Assembly: GCA_000091205.1 (NCBI GenBank)
Contig: AP006499.2
Reading direction: 5' to 3' (one strand)
Source: Cyanidioschyzon merolae
Taxonomy: Eukaryota
DNA length: 64,000 nt
Below, piece after piece: positions 32,295 through 43,829 of the stretch. The notes beneath the pieces are model-generated. The model saw only the letters and a list, made by a program, of their open reading frames with translations. It was not told the DNA's origin and searched no databases. Numbering within the stretch: the stretch's first letter is position 1; each line of letters begins with the position of its first letter. The position numbers were made by a program, and so were the translations under genes.

Positions 32295-34337
32295 CTATGC
32301 TCCGCTTCGCCAGATACGTCGCTTCCGCTTTCGATAGCGCGTCTCGATAAACATGAAAGCACCCAAGGCAGTGATGATGACGCCTCCGATAAACGTCCCG
32401 ATCACGATACCGACAATTGCACCTGTTGGCAGACCGTTCCCGAGACTACCAGAAGCGCCGACGTAGTTCTGTATTGGTGAGGTGACTGCCAGAAGCGTTG
32501 CGTTCGCATACAATACGCCCAGGCTTCGCAGCGTCTGCTGAAGCATCAGAGCGACGTCAGCTCGCTCCATGGTACTGGCGAGGTCGCGAGACTCCGGGGT
32601 GTAAACCTGCAGAACAAGAAATACTGAACCATTCGCATTGCGGACGAGCGATTGGTTCACTTGCACCCCAGCCGCGTCCACAGCGTTCGAGAGCCAGCGC
32701 GAAGCATTTGTTGGATACCAGAGAGAGATGTGCTTCCCGTGAATCCCGAGAAGCTCGACAAGCATGTCGCGCAACCGCTGTTGTTGTGACTCCACCAGCA
32801 CCCGTGGAATACCGCGCACCATGTAAGCCGCCTGCACATGGACGCCAGCGCGGCTACTCGGAACAGGAGTCACAATCGGACAAGTTCGCAATCCACTCGG
32901 TTCCATGTGCCGATAGAAGTTGAAAACATATTCTGGTTCGAGTTCGGGGTGGAAGATACGGATCTGGTCCCGGAGGATCAGATCCGGCCGCAGAACACCC
33001 TGCTCGAAGATGGGGTTCGGGTCCGTATATTTTGTGGCATCAAACAGATTATCACAGAGAACTGCCGTCCAGTTCCGGGCGTAGGTGTAGTTCTGAAGCA
33101 CTTGAGCCACCGTCTTCTCGGTCGGCGTTGTGATCGAAAACCCGGTCCAGAACTGCGAGCTATTCGCGCCCAACAAGGTGAGGTTGAGGCCGGTGTCCGG
33201 CTTTCCGAGCGCGATTCCGTTGTCAAAACAGTAGGCAAGTTCCTGAGGCAGTTCCTCGTCGTTTTCTCCAAACACATAATAAGCGTTGGCGTCTCGAATG
33301 AAGGTTGCTTGGTACTTGGAGCCGAAATAGAAAGTCGAGTCGTAAGCGTAGCCGTACAAAACCGAAGGACGACGCTCTGCGGTCTGCGCTAGACCTTTGG
33401 CTTCCTCGTAGCTCCGGACAATATCACGAAACTGTTCAGACGTCTGGGTTGGAATACCAAACAGCAAGCCGAAGAGCTTGACGTATTCCGCTCGACCGAG
33501 TGGTGTCGATTCGTAGTCCTCACCAAGGAAGAGAACGGATACATTTTGTTCTGCAGGACGCAGGGTTCCGTTCCGGAGAACTTGTCTCCAGTCAGCGTCC
33601 ACCTGCGACACAATGAAAACGTCAATGTTCAGGCTGGTGTTCTCCAATAGGCGCTGTAGATGCGTGAGGTTTCCAAAGTCACCGGCACAGGCGTATGTGC
33701 CCGGCTCGATGAACTCCTGTGTCGTGGGTGTACAGCCAACAGCGTACGGGGCGCCGCACAGCGACCCTGGAGTGCTGGCATTACAAGCCCAACCATGGAT
33801 GTATCCTACCTCTGCAAGCGCCTTAAATAAGGTGCCAGTTAAATAGTCTGGTTCCTGGAAAGCGCGAATCGCGTACGGTCGAACAATCCCGTAACCAACA
33901 TATCCCGCCTGGAGGGTATCGGTGAGCGCCAGTCCGCGGGGAGGAACCGCATGGACTTGCGTGACCATCCCGGTGCTGTTAAAGTCGGGGTGCTCGGTGG
34001 TATTGAAGCCACAGCGAACGAAGGCGTGCACTTCCCAGAGTCCGTCTGCGTCGACTTGCATGGCGAGCTGGGCCCACGAGCCATCGCTTGCAGCAGAGTA
34101 GTTACGTAGCGTCTGTGCATGGTCAAACGAGAACGATGTGGGAAATACAGCATAACTTGAGGTGTCACAACGATCGAAAACATGTGCACGCGCAGGTGGA
34201 ACTGTCAGCGTTGCGACGAGGAGGAGCACGAGTACGAACAGCACGCTCCTGTGGGTTTGCAGCGCGGGGCGCAGCTTCGGCTGTCGTTTGCCTCTGCAGT
34301 GCGCTTGTGGTCTCTTTTGCTGGGGATTGAGGATCAT
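32295..34337 (-). CDS. type I transmembrane glycoprotein, function unknown (signal peptide, large ectodomain with many N-x-S/T sites, single C-terminal TM, short basic tail)
   Basis: ATG start confirmed. N-terminal hydrophobic stretch VLFVLVLLLVATLTV. C-terminal TM IVGIVIGTFIGGVIITALGAFMFI followed by RYRKRKRR. At least 15 NxS/T sequons. No confident family assignment. Confidence 0.5.
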   Translation of the reverse strand: MILNPQQKRPQAHCRGKRQPKLRPALQTHRSVLFVLVLLLVATLTVPPARAHVFDRCDTSSYAVFPTSFSFDHAQTLRNYSAASDGSWAQLAMQVDADGLWEVHAFVRCGFNTTEHPDFNSTGMVTQVHAVPPRGLALTDTLQAGYVGYGIVRPYAIRAFQEPDYLTGTLFKALAEVGYIHGWACNASTPGSLCGAPYAVGCTPTTQEFIEPGTYACAGDFGNLTHLQRLLENTSLNIDVFIVSQVDADWRQVLRNGTLRPAEQNVSVLFLGEDYESTPLGRAEYVKLFGLLFGIPTQTSEQFRDIVRSYEEAKGLAQTAERRPSVLYGYAYDSTFYFGSKYQATFIRDANAYYVFGENDEELPQELAYCFDNGIALGKPDTGLNLTLLGANSSQFWTGFSITTPTEKTVAQVLQNYTYARNWTAVLCDNLFDATKYTDPNPIFEQGVLRPDLILRDQIRIFHPELEPEYVFNFYRHMEPSGLRTCPIVTPVPSSRAGVHVQAAYMVRGIPRVLVESQQQRLRDMLVELLGIHGKHISLWYPTNASRWLSNAVDAAGVQVNQSLVRNANGSVFLVLQVYTPESRDLASTMERADVALMLQQTLRSLGVLYANATLLAVTSPIQNYVGASGSLGNGLPTGAIVGIVIGTFIGGVIITALGAFMFIETRYRKRKRRIWRSGA

Positions 34338-34885
34338 AAAGTTCGTGTGATCACGCGATCCTGACGTTCGCAGTGTCTCAAGTCCAGATCCTTGTTATAA
34401 AGAGCCTCTGGGATCCGAGTGATTCGCAAAGTTCGTCGCAGTGTCCTTCGCGGCGCTGCCGAGTAAAAGGCTGTCAGTGGTGCAACTCCAGTTTCACGTA
34501 CGCTTTCAGTAATTGCTTTCGGTCTGCTGTGGTTCCTAACGAGCACAGCAAATACCCTTCGCGCGGTTGCACGACAAAACTTAGTCGTTGAGCCAACACC
34601 AGCCTCACTCCAGTTTTTACGCGCTTCCTTTACAGTAGCCCTGCTTCCTGAAAATGAATACCCTCAGTACTGCTGTAATACATACGGTAGGCGAAAGGCA
34701 GTATCAGTTTCACGGTACTTTTCTTCTCTTGTCTAAGTTGCTCGGCAGCTTCTTCAGGTTCGCAACGTGGCTGCGGCTAACGCAGCGCCACCGCGACGCT
34801 CACGGCGCTTACCGACTGCAGCGCTCCTTGTCGCTGGAAGTCTCAACGAAAACGCTTCCTCTTCATTGCGTACAAACTGGTAACG

Positions 34886-35479
34886 ATGCGTGCTTGGAAA
34901 CTCGAAATACCACCTGGAGCAGATATAAGACAACCACATGCAAAACCTGGTGGAGACGAGGTTTCTCTGGTTGAATTAAACGCATTAGGTGTGTTGTACC
35001 AGTACTTCGCACCGAGTGACTACGATAAGAGCGGGACTGAGACTCACGCTCGGTGGCTTCAGTTCCGAAGCGATCACGGTTTCAAGTACGCTGATGTGTT
35101 GGAGGTGTCTCCTGAACAGTTACCTGACTTTGAGTCGAAACTTCAGATGTTTTTCGAGGAACACATCCACGCTGATCCAGAGGTTCGCTACGTTACTGCA
35201 GGTAGCGGTTATTTCGACGTACGCGATGAGAGCGACTCCTGGATACGAATCGCGGTAGAGCCAGGGGATATGCTGGTATTACCGGCAGGAATTTATCACC
35301 GCTTCACAGTGGACAGTAGCAACTACATTCGGGCTGTGCGTCTATTCGCTGACGAGCCGCAATGGGTACCGATCAACCGAACGTCTGCTGAGCGTCATCC
35401 AGCACGCTTGGCATATGAGCAGCTATATCCGGAGCGCAGTTTCAGTACGGAACCAGAGCAACAAGCGCTGCGTGTTTGA
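34886..35479 (+). CDS. ADI1: acireductone dioxygenase (ARD/ADI1, methionine salvage; cupin)
   Basis: MRAWKLEIPPGADIRQPH... matches the ARD N-terminus (MVQAWYMDD.PGDPRQPH). Core EEHIHADPEVRYVTAGSGYFDVRDESDSWIRIAVEPGDMLVLPAGIYHRFTVD..NYIRAVRLFADEPQWVPINR. ATG start confirmed. Confidence 0.9.
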   Translation: MRAWKLEIPPGADIRQPHAKPGGDEVSLVELNALGVLYQYFAPSDYDKSGTETHARWLQFRSDHGFKYADVLEVSPEQLPDFESKLQMFFEEHIHADPEVRYVTAGSGYFDVRDESDSWIRIAVEPGDMLVLPAGIYHRFTVDSSNYIRAVRLFADEPQWVPINRTSAERHPARLAYEQLYPERSFSTEPEQQALRV

Positions 35480-37260
35480 TTGCGGTCAGCTGTGTCGAGT
35501 TCCGGGTGTGGCTCGTTCGAGGTGCGCTCCCGTGTCGCTGGCTCAGAGCTATCAGCGGCGTTTGTCGGGCACAGCGCACGATCCCAAGAATGTAGCGCGC
35601 TCGGACAGGGGTGCGTCTTTCCGACTGTAACTGGCGAGCCCGCTTTGCCATTTTGTCTTGCGTTGCTGCGGTACGGCTAGCAGGTGACCGCTGCGCGCTC
35701 GAGTCTACGAACGCTGCCTGCTCTCTGATGTTGTACGTACGCGACCTTCGGGACGATCAGTGAGGATTCGGCTCCCGCTGGCGCAGAGGAAAGAAGGGAG
35801 CACGCCTGGAGTAACCCTGCACATTTCGTGAGCGGTCGTGGTTCCTCTCATCCACGATAATGATGAGGCAATCGCCAAATTTCAAATCGACTTCTCTTTC
35901 TTCTGAGAGGGTCTTTCAAGACCTGCACTGATGAGAAGCATGCGATAATTCTGAACGAGATAGAGAGGGATGCATCGGGTGACTTGTTGCAAGTCTGCGA
36001 ATAGCAAGCTTGCCTGCGTCATCAGTTGAACAGCGACGCGTTTCGCGAAGTTCAAGGTCCTACGATTCCTTGGACGTGCTTGCGCTTACCGGCTACGAGC
36101 TGGGGCCCTTGGGGGCGTCTTGGAGCATCGCCAGGTTTCTGTTTGTCTGTGGACAAACCGCTCGCTGTTTTCGGTGCACGTTGTTCCAGGAAGAATCTGT
36201 CCAGTCGTCAAGTAATCACCAGAAACACAATTCAGTAGAATTCAGACGCATTGCCACCGGGAAGTGGTAGACTTGGTACACGGGAGCATCCCGTCGCGTA
36301 CCTTAATGGACTGCTATCCAGTGGGCGCTGCAGGTACAGCGACTGATGCGCCAAAATTAGATGATAGAAGGGCAGTGTTGTCCGAGGAAACGGGCAGATA
36401 GAGCGCAGCATCCACAAGACATGCTCTGAGCAAAACCTTCGCCTTTGTGGATAAACTTTGAACGTTTTTGGATGCCTCCGATATCCACCCGTTTCCTCCG
36501 ATCTAGAGCGTCTTCAGAAGCTTGATTATTGCCTTTAGGGCGTTTCGAAACCTGCGGAGCACGTTTCTACTCGTTTAGACGGCTTGCGTAGCTGAAGCGC
36601 AGCCCGCTGCCGAACGTAGGCGTCGGTCAGGACCACTCACCAGGACGTGAACGTAAACCAGGCACTCCGGTCAGAACGGAGGATACGTGCCCCAGTACTG
36701 GACGAGCCAAAACATCTTTTGTATCGATCGTACACATGTCACGAGACGGTAACACCGGTTTCGCCCGCCTGTTGACCTAGAAAACTGCAACAATTCGATC
36801 GCTTCTCCAATAGAGCATGTCGTACTGCGTATGGTGAGCATGACGCAACAGCGTTCTTGATCGTTATCGAAACGACTAAAATCTGTCAGAGCTGACGTAT
36901 CAGCCACTGCGGCTACACGGTGTTCTGGAGGATGAGACGCGTTTCTAGTCTACTCAAGGAATCACGAGTAATTTCCCCTGTTCGTATGGACACTGTTAAC
37001 TGTCTATTCACGTCTGCTCTAATACATACCTTTCGTTGCTCATTACCTATCACCAGACTAAAGAAAATCCTTTCCCTTCTACCGGTCACCAGCGATGCCT
37101 TGGCGATGCCTCGAAACGATGAGGACCCGCCCCCGATGAAGAGGCGATTTTCTCCCGTCTCAACGTTCGATCCGGATCTCGGGTTCGCACTTGCCAACCT
37201 CAATTTTTGCGCCTGCTTGGTATGCACTATATTAGGGGTCCTGGGCGTTCTCTAGATTGA

Positions 37261-37297
37261 GGAGGAGGAGGAGCAGCAGCAGCAGCAGCAGCAGCAA
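37261..37297. repeat. (GAG)4(CAG)8 compound microsatellite just upstream of the transporter gene
   Basis: ggaggaggaggagcagcagcagcagcagcagcagcaa read directly. Confidence 0.85.
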
Positions 37298-37326
37298 CGA
37301 AGATAGCACTGTTCGAGCTTAGATAC

Positions 37327-38940
37327 ATGGAACCAGCACGCCCCGTTCCCCGTTTACGTTCAGTGCACTCGATCGCGGGGCTCCTTCTCGTAGGCACCGT
37401 TGCGTCGCTGCTAGCCAAGATCATTTACGGCGTCGAGAGTACAGGTAGAGACGGGCGAATTCGCCCTTTTCGAAAACCGTTGTTTGAGGTCTTTTCCATG
37501 TTTCTCGGAATGAGTCTGTGCCGGCTTCTGGAGTGGATCCAGCCGCCGGAGCAGCTACCACCGGCTCTTCTGGCGCAGACGACTAGCAGCGCCTCAGCGG
37601 ATCCACTGGCGGACGTCCTTGTGCGCTTGCCATCACCATGGTGTGAGCTGCTGCTCAAAGCACACCACTGGCTTGGTGCCCTCACACCAGCAGCTACCCA
37701 CGTGATTCTGGTACCCGCTGTGCTAGATGCAGCAGCAACCATGCTCATGTGCACAGGTCTCTTATTTGCGCCAGTCTCTGTGTATCAAATGCTCCGCGGT
37801 AGCATGCTGGTGTTCTGCGCTATTTTTTCAGTAACCCTATTGCGGCGGCGACTGCACCTGTACAATATCCTTGGTGTTGCGTTGGCTCTCGGGGGAATTA
37901 CAACCGTCGGACTCGCCTCTGTGGCCGGGGAGGAGGACCTAGAAGCTCGCGGAGCGCTTCTGGTTGGCATCCTGCTCATGATTGCTGGCCAGGCGATGCA
38001 GGCACTGCAGGTGGTCGCCGAAGAGCACCTCCTGCAAAACTTGCTGCTGCCGCCCATGCAAGTGGTTTTCTACGAGGGCATCTACGGAGTCGCACTGTGC
38101 CTCTGTATCATTTTCCCACTTGCATACATTCTTCCGGGCAACGATTATGGACACCGCTGGGAGGATACGCTGGACTCATTGGTGATGATCGCCCATTCGG
38201 GAGTCCTGGTGTTGATCTTGCTCTCTGACGCCACCTCGATGCTGCTATTCAACATGTTCAGTATGAACGTCACCCAGCTGAGCTCTGCACTCTTCCGGAC
38301 CATGCTTGAAACGCTCCGCACCTTTCTGGTTTGGATGATTGACCTGTGGATCTATTATCGTTGGAGCGATGGCCGCTTCGGTGAGGCCTGGACCCGCTAC
38401 TCCTGGCTCCAAGTTGTCGGCTTCCTGGTCGTCGTCGCCGGCACCTGGCTCTATAGCCAGCATCCAGTATCCATTGGACCGGAGCCCGCTCCAGAAATGG
38501 AGCACTCCCGAGCTTCGACGGAAACAACGCACGCGCTCGCAAAACAGATGTTGCCTGACGAGGAACTTGAACGCCTCCTGGTCGATAGAGACCATGTTCG
38601 TTACAGCACAGGCGAGACGACGGCGGCCCCGACGAGTATGTCGCTCTCGCCCGAGGCCGGCGAAAGCGTCGGTGAAGTTGCTGAACGTGAAAGCATGCAG
38701 GCAAGGGAGCCTCGACTGCTTCGCGAACGTTTGCGCGCTAGCCCCGCGACGTCACTCTACGGCACGTCACCTGCGTTTTTCATGCACCACGGTGGTACGA
38801 TTCCAGCTGTCTACGTCGGATCACCTCTACCCTTCGCTACGATAGGATCGCAACGAGAGGCCCGACTCCGGCGAAACAACCTATCCAGAACCGCATCATC
38901 GGCTTCAGTCTCCGATGAGGATTCAAATGCGGGCCCATAA
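37327..38940 (+). CDS. drug/metabolite transporter (DMT/EamA) superfamily membrane protein, SLC35F-like, with Ser/Arg-rich C-terminal tail
   Basis: ATG start. About 10 predicted TM helices. Segment MLVFCAIFSVTLLRRRLHLYNILGVALALGGITTVGLAS is typical of DMT/SLC35 carriers. The C-terminal about 150 aa is hydrophilic. Confidence 0.55.
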   Translation: MEPARPVPRLRSVHSIAGLLLVGTVASLLAKIIYGVESTGRDGRIRPFRKPLFEVFSMFLGMSLCRLLEWIQPPEQLPPALLAQTTSSASADPLADVLVRLPSPWCELLLKAHHWLGALTPAATHVILVPAVLDAAATMLMCTGLLFAPVSVYQMLRGSMLVFCAIFSVTLLRRRLHLYNILGVALALGGITTVGLASVAGEEDLEARGALLVGILLMIAGQAMQALQVVAEEHLLQNLLLPPMQVVFYEGIYGVALCLCIIFPLAYILPGNDYGHRWEDTLDSLVMIAHSGVLVLILLSDATSMLLFNMFSMNVTQLSSALFRTMLETLRTFLVWMIDLWIYYRWSDGRFGEAWTRYSWLQVVGFLVVVAGTWLYSQHPVSIGPEPAPEMEHSRASTETTHALAKQMLPDEELERLLVDRDHVRYSTGETTAAPTSMSLSPEAGESVGEVAERESMQAREPRLLRERLRASPATSLYGTSPAFFMHHGGTIPAVYVGSPLPFATIGSQREARLRRNNLSRTASSASVSDEDSNAGP

Positions 38941-39360
38941 ATTAGTTTCCGTGGCATGCTTTTCGTTTCAGATATCATCGAGTATGCTTTTCTGGTGTAG
39001 GTCTGGATGCGTTTAGCGCAGGAGACGCGCATGGGTCTCCAGTGGTCTCGTTGCCACACTCGACGTTTTCGACGCAAAAACGGGAACGTAACGGGCGTGC
39101 TCACAAGGTGCACGGTCTCGGCAGCGGTTGCCGCATGTTTTGGGTTGAGCGTCCCGCCAAATCTGAAGGTGCAGGTGGAGTTCGTTACAACTGGAGATAG
39201 AGCCTCACGTAGACCAGAAGTGCGCGCTATATCAGTAGACACAAATACAGTACGTGATCTAGAGCAAAAGATACAGCTGTCGCATGACTTTGGCCAATTC
39301 GCAGAGCGGCAGCAGCAGGTCCAGTACCTGGTACAACCACAGTAGTTACAAACGACTCGG

Positions 39361-40386
39361 ATGAGCGTTGCGGTAACAAACCAGATGCACCACTCGCAAT
39401 GTGTTCAAGCGCTACGCTTCTTGGCAATACTGATGCTTGCCGCGTTCGCTGTACAGCTACAGTCTCGAAAAGTGCTGCAGCGTATCCACAGTGCATCGTT
39501 TCGAGCACGGGTTGCGGAGACTTTTTCTAGTCGGCGCTTACTGGCGACGTACCGTCTGTTCGTACCGAGTTCAGCACTCAAAGACGTCGTTGGTGCCAGC
39601 TCCATAAAGCTACCACTGGACGAACAACAGCACGTTCGTAGTCTTCGGCTCAAAGATGGTGCTGCGGTAGAGTTGTTCGACGGGAGTGGGCGTCTTGTGC
39701 TTGGACGCCTCAGCGACCGTGGACGTAGCGTTAATGCTTTGCAGTTGTTAGCGTCGGAGGCGGATCCAGGGGCTGAAGCTTCCGGGCGAGCAGCGGTCTC
39801 AGTGGTGTGCCTGGTCGGGACACCAAAGTCAGCACAGCGTGCGGACTGGATGATCGAGAAGTTAACCGAACTAGGCGTAGTGGCTTATCGACATGTGTCA
39901 TCGACTCGTGGGGAGATCGATGCAGCGCACGTTCAAAAACGGGCTCTGAACCGGTGGCACCAGGTATCTATCGCTGCCGCCAAACAGAGTCTGCGACGGA
40001 CGCTCCTGGACGTTGGTGGTCACCACTCGAACCCAGGCTCGGGCTGGCTGACAGGGGTGTGCTCGGAAGCCACGATAGCGTTCGACCACCTGGTCCAGTG
40101 GATAGAGAGCACTGCATCCGCGAACCAGGTATTCCTCCTGGCAGCGCCCGCAGCTATGCAGACCCTGATGACGTGGCGAGCAGATGCTTTTCCGCTGCGC
40201 ACTGCATCCGCTTCATCCATGATGCCGCGACGTGTTGTGTGCATCATTGGACCCGAGGGTGGCCTCACCAGCGACGAGGAAGCAGCGCTTATAGGAGCTG
40301 GCTCGATCGGGGTATCGTTGGGACCGCAGCGTCTTCGAACAGAGACGGCTGCCGTGGCGTTTGCTGCAGCGCTGTTAACCCCGTAG
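39361..40386 (+). CDS. rsmE: RsmE-like 16S rRNA (m3U) methyltransferase, SPOUT superfamily, with about 80-aa N-terminal extension (likely organellar)
   Basis: RLKDGAAVELFDGSG (PUA-like N-terminus), CIIGPEGGLTSDE, LGPQRLRTETAAVAFAAALL. These are hallmark RsmE/DUF558 motifs. ATG start. Confidence 0.75.
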   Translation: MSVAVTNQMHHSQCVQALRFLAILMLAAFAVQLQSRKVLQRIHSASFRARVAETFSSRRLLATYRLFVPSSALKDVVGASSIKLPLDEQQHVRSLRLKDGAAVELFDGSGRLVLGRLSDRGRSVNALQLLASEADPGAEASGRAAVSVVCLVGTPKSAQRADWMIEKLTELGVVAYRHVSSTRGEIDAAHVQKRALNRWHQVSIAAAKQSLRRTLLDVGGHHSNPGSGWLTGVCSEATIAFDHLVQWIESTASANQVFLLAAPAAMQTLMTWRADAFPLRTASASSMMPRRVVCIIGPEGGLTSDEEAALIGAGSIGVSLGPQRLRTETAAVAFAAALLTP

Positions 40387-41477
40387 CGGATACTGACTGT
40401 TCGATCGCACGCAGCGTTTTGAACTGCAAGCCTGTGAGCGAGCTATTCCGTTGATGAACAGTGTTTATGACTGGTCTTTGGTGCTATGCGTCTTATAAAG
40501 CGAGTGTTTGCGTACTTTTCAGAAAGCAGTCGCTGCACCGGCCAGAGGCAGTCTCCAAGGAAATAATTCGAGCAGCTGGCATCGTTTATCGCATAAGGAG
40601 CCGAACGTATTTTGCTGGCGTATTCATGTGTGCAGACGGAGCGTTGGAGAAGCTGGCGATGGTGCAGATACTCTTTGAACCCCAGTTTCAGAGACAGAGC
40701 CGCACAAATGGAGCTTTGGCGAGCTTCGCGGCGGTGTAGTCGTCCTCTGCGGGCCACAGAGAGGTTCAGAGAAAGACACATGCATTCTGCCCGGTGGATT
40801 CCTGGACACGTTGGTTTACAGATTTGGAAGGCATAGACCTGCATACGCCGGGAAAACTATCCACACGCTGTAGCAGCACGCTTTCCGGTCGACGTCGACT
40901 GGGGTCACGCCGTACGCGGTTTCCGACATGTCGATGCAAATGAACATCGGATTCGTTCTCGACAAGCTCAGACGATCGTGTCCTCGTTGCAGCGGGGCGT
41001 TTTCGTGACAAAGATGCAGAGGTGCGTTCGGCAAGACACTCGCAAGTCTCTGAAAAGATCCCTGCCGCACCATTCACGCTTCATGCTTGGATGGCGATCG
41101 CGTGTCGTTTGCAGAAGCGCTTGCAGAGTACGGCCTTTTTATGAAAACTCACTGCAGGCGTCTTCCAACAAATCTGATTTGAATCATCCCACGATGGTTT
41201 TCCAACGCAAGCACTTGCATCGTTGCGCTCGAAGGCCGGCTACAAAAGCTTGGAGAGCGTTTCTTGGATGCCGGCAAAGCAACGACGGTGAAGCAGAGCG
41301 TACAAATTATGCGTTGAGCATTGCTGCGGTATCCCTGGATGATACCTATAAATCTGACCTACCCGCTGGTCTGGCGAGGTCCATCTCTGATCAACATCCA
41401 GCACCGACGCGGACGCAAGGTTGCCAGTCGTTGGTCGCTCCAGAGCCGACAGCATCCGCCGCGTCCCGTGACAAGGC

Positions 41478-42056
41478 CTAGACCTGGTTGTTCACCGTTT
41501 CGCCTTCATCAGCATTGTCGGAGTTCTGAGGTCTTCGTGACATGCTCAAGAGACCGCATGGGAAGCACACGATCGCGAGAATAAACATAAGAATAAGCAA
41601 TACCAACAACAGCGGAACTAGAAGCACCACAAGCAGGATAGCGACGACCAGACCAACTACTGGGAGGCGCAAAATGAAGAGAAGCCAACCAGGTATCCGA
41701 ACAGCCGGCCCTTGGGCCATACGTGCCTCCCACTCAGTGTAACTCTCCGTCGCCCCCGTGCCCTGTAGGCGATCGCCCAGGTACAAGTCGTACATCTTCC
41801 GCTTCACAGGATTAGTAAGCGTTGTATGCGCAATATTGACCTCCTGGAACGCCTCCTTGGCGCGCGGTAAGTTACAGCGGTCCGGGTGCAAAAGTAGCGA
41901 GAGCCTCTTATAATTTCTTTTTATTTCATTGACATCTGCACTGGGTCTTACGTGCAGGACCAGATAGTAATTGTTGTTCTCGGATAGGATACGCTGGATT
42001 TCTGCTTCCGCGCTCGTGGGGCGCCATTCGCTCCCCTCAACAGAGGCCTTGGCCAT
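41478..42056 (-). CDS. J-domain protein with C-terminal transmembrane anchor (Hlj1/DNAJB12-like tail-anchored type)
   Basis: J domain NYYLVLHVRPSADVNEIKRNYKRLSLLLHPDRCNLPRAKEAFQEVNIAHTTLTNPVKRKMYD (HPD motif). C-terminal hydrophobic segment LVVAILLVVLLVPLLLVLLILMFILAIVCF. ATG start confirmed. Confidence 0.75.
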   Translation of the reverse strand: MAKASVEGSEWRPTSAEAEIQRILSENNNYYLVLHVRPSADVNEIKRNYKRLSLLLHPDRCNLPRAKEAFQEVNIAHTTLTNPVKRKMYDLYLGDRLQGTGATESYTEWEARMAQGPAVRIPGWLLFILRLPVVGLVVAILLVVLLVPLLLVLLILMFILAIVCFPCGLLSMSRRPQNSDNADEGETVNNQV

Positions 42057-42200
42057 AGCCAGACTTTAGCGCTTGAGGTCGCAGCAGCGCCCACACACAG
42101 GCGGTTTGCTCCTAGCGTACCGACCGCACGACCCGAGTGACGCTGTGCAAAGCGGCTCTTCGCCCCAGGGGCGCCCCGGGGTGCAGTCGTGGACACGGCG

Positions 42201-42238
42201 GCACTGCACTGCACTGCACTGCACTGCACTGCACTGCA
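42201..42238. repeat. (GCACT)7 pentanucleotide microsatellite
   Basis: gcactgcactgcactgcactgcactgcactgcacg read directly. Confidence 0.9.
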
Positions 42239-43829
42239 CGAGTAGGACAGGCGTGTCGCGCGCGCCTGCGCCGCCGTCGCTGCTGCGCGCCACGACGTCG
42301 TGCGGCGATGCGACTGCGCGCGTTGTCCCGCCGATGCGCGGCGTGTGCCGTACCAGGCCCCGTTCCTGGGCCGGGATTAGTGAACCAGTTCAGAGTGCCT
42401 TGGATGTGCCTGTGCTGCCAGTGAACAGCGACTAGAGTCCAGTTCCATTACAAAATCCACAGGATTTCACGAGATCCTGACAAGGATTCCCTCAGGGATG
42501 CACGTGGGAATCGCGGTGCCCGGTATCCGTTGCTTGTGCATCGCACGGATTTCTGCGGTCTCCGGCGGGCACGTCGGACTGGAGTCGTCCAAGAGCTCGA
42601 TGGCCGTCCGCAACAGGGGAAGCGCAATCTGGTACCCTCGAGAAACATCGAGGAACGTGAATCACAATCTAGACGTGCGTTTTGGTACTATGGTTGAATC
42701 CTTCTCCAGGCATCTCTCACATGATGTCCATTGCGTGATGCGTGCGCGGATGCGCGCGATCGCAGGGCACGCGATAAAGTTGTATTCGCGCAGCCCTGGG
42801 GCTGAGCGCCATCTGTCGAGCTCTGGCAGGTCTAGGCATACACCGCCTGTGCAGTGAACCCAATACCTGCTGGCTGCTGTGAGAACGCTTCGGAATCGTG
42901 AGCGAACCCAGCCAGGTGCTCCTACGCCCATGCTCTCTGTATCGTACTCGACAGGTGCACGCGGTATCCAGCGCACGGATGCAGGTTGCAGTACACGCCC
43001 ACCGCTTTCCATTCTTGGTGCTGTTCATCACGAGGACACATAGAAGTGGAATGCCTTGACGCAGCCCTGTCGGACAGCATGTGCGTCCATATTCTACCCA
43101 AGGCGGTCGCATGCGCTCTCCATGGATCATTGCACTTTCGTGACCGGACGCAATGCTCGTCGGCAACGGAGTCTGCGCATGCACGCTCGTCCAGAAACAT
43201 CGCACAAATAGGGATCGCTGGATCTTGTAAACGACGCTGAAGCTCTCAAAAGGAAAATGCACGCTCATCTCCACGAATTGGCATGAACTGGGCAAGATGA
43301 ACGCCGCTGCGTGTACGCATGCGTCCGAGTGGCGGTAACAGGGCGCTCGCACCGCAGACACCTTCCATATCGCGATACAAAGGCGTGTGGAGCGCTCCGC
43401 CGAACCTGGTGAGCTGCGCGAGCGATTTGCGCAGCGCTTGTCTCCGCTGCAAAGACAAAGAACTCGATTTGGTCTATGACCTCCATGTGTATCTGAACGC
43501 ACTAGCCTTATGCGAATCGAACGAGGTCCCAGATCATGGCACGCGAATGGCTGGCTGCTCACAAGTCCAGCGCCAAGCACGAATCCCTGTAGCACCATTT
43601 CCCGCGCCAGCAGCACCTGAGCAGCAGTTTCACGACTCGGACACCTGCAGATGCCACATCGGTGCTGACGCTACCGTCTAAACTCGAAGTATCCATATGA
43701 CTGTTCCATTGACTGGAAGCTTGCAATGCTGAAGCTCACAACTCTACCATGCGTCTAAGTCTTCGTTTACGAACTCGTCGGCATGGAGCATAACACACCA
43801 ACGTGCGCGCACGCGATCCTGAGACGGGA

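Noticed and set aside
42073-42435. ORFs encoding ...HCTALHCTALHCT...
   Set aside because: Translation of the (GCACT)7 microsatellite. Low complexity.
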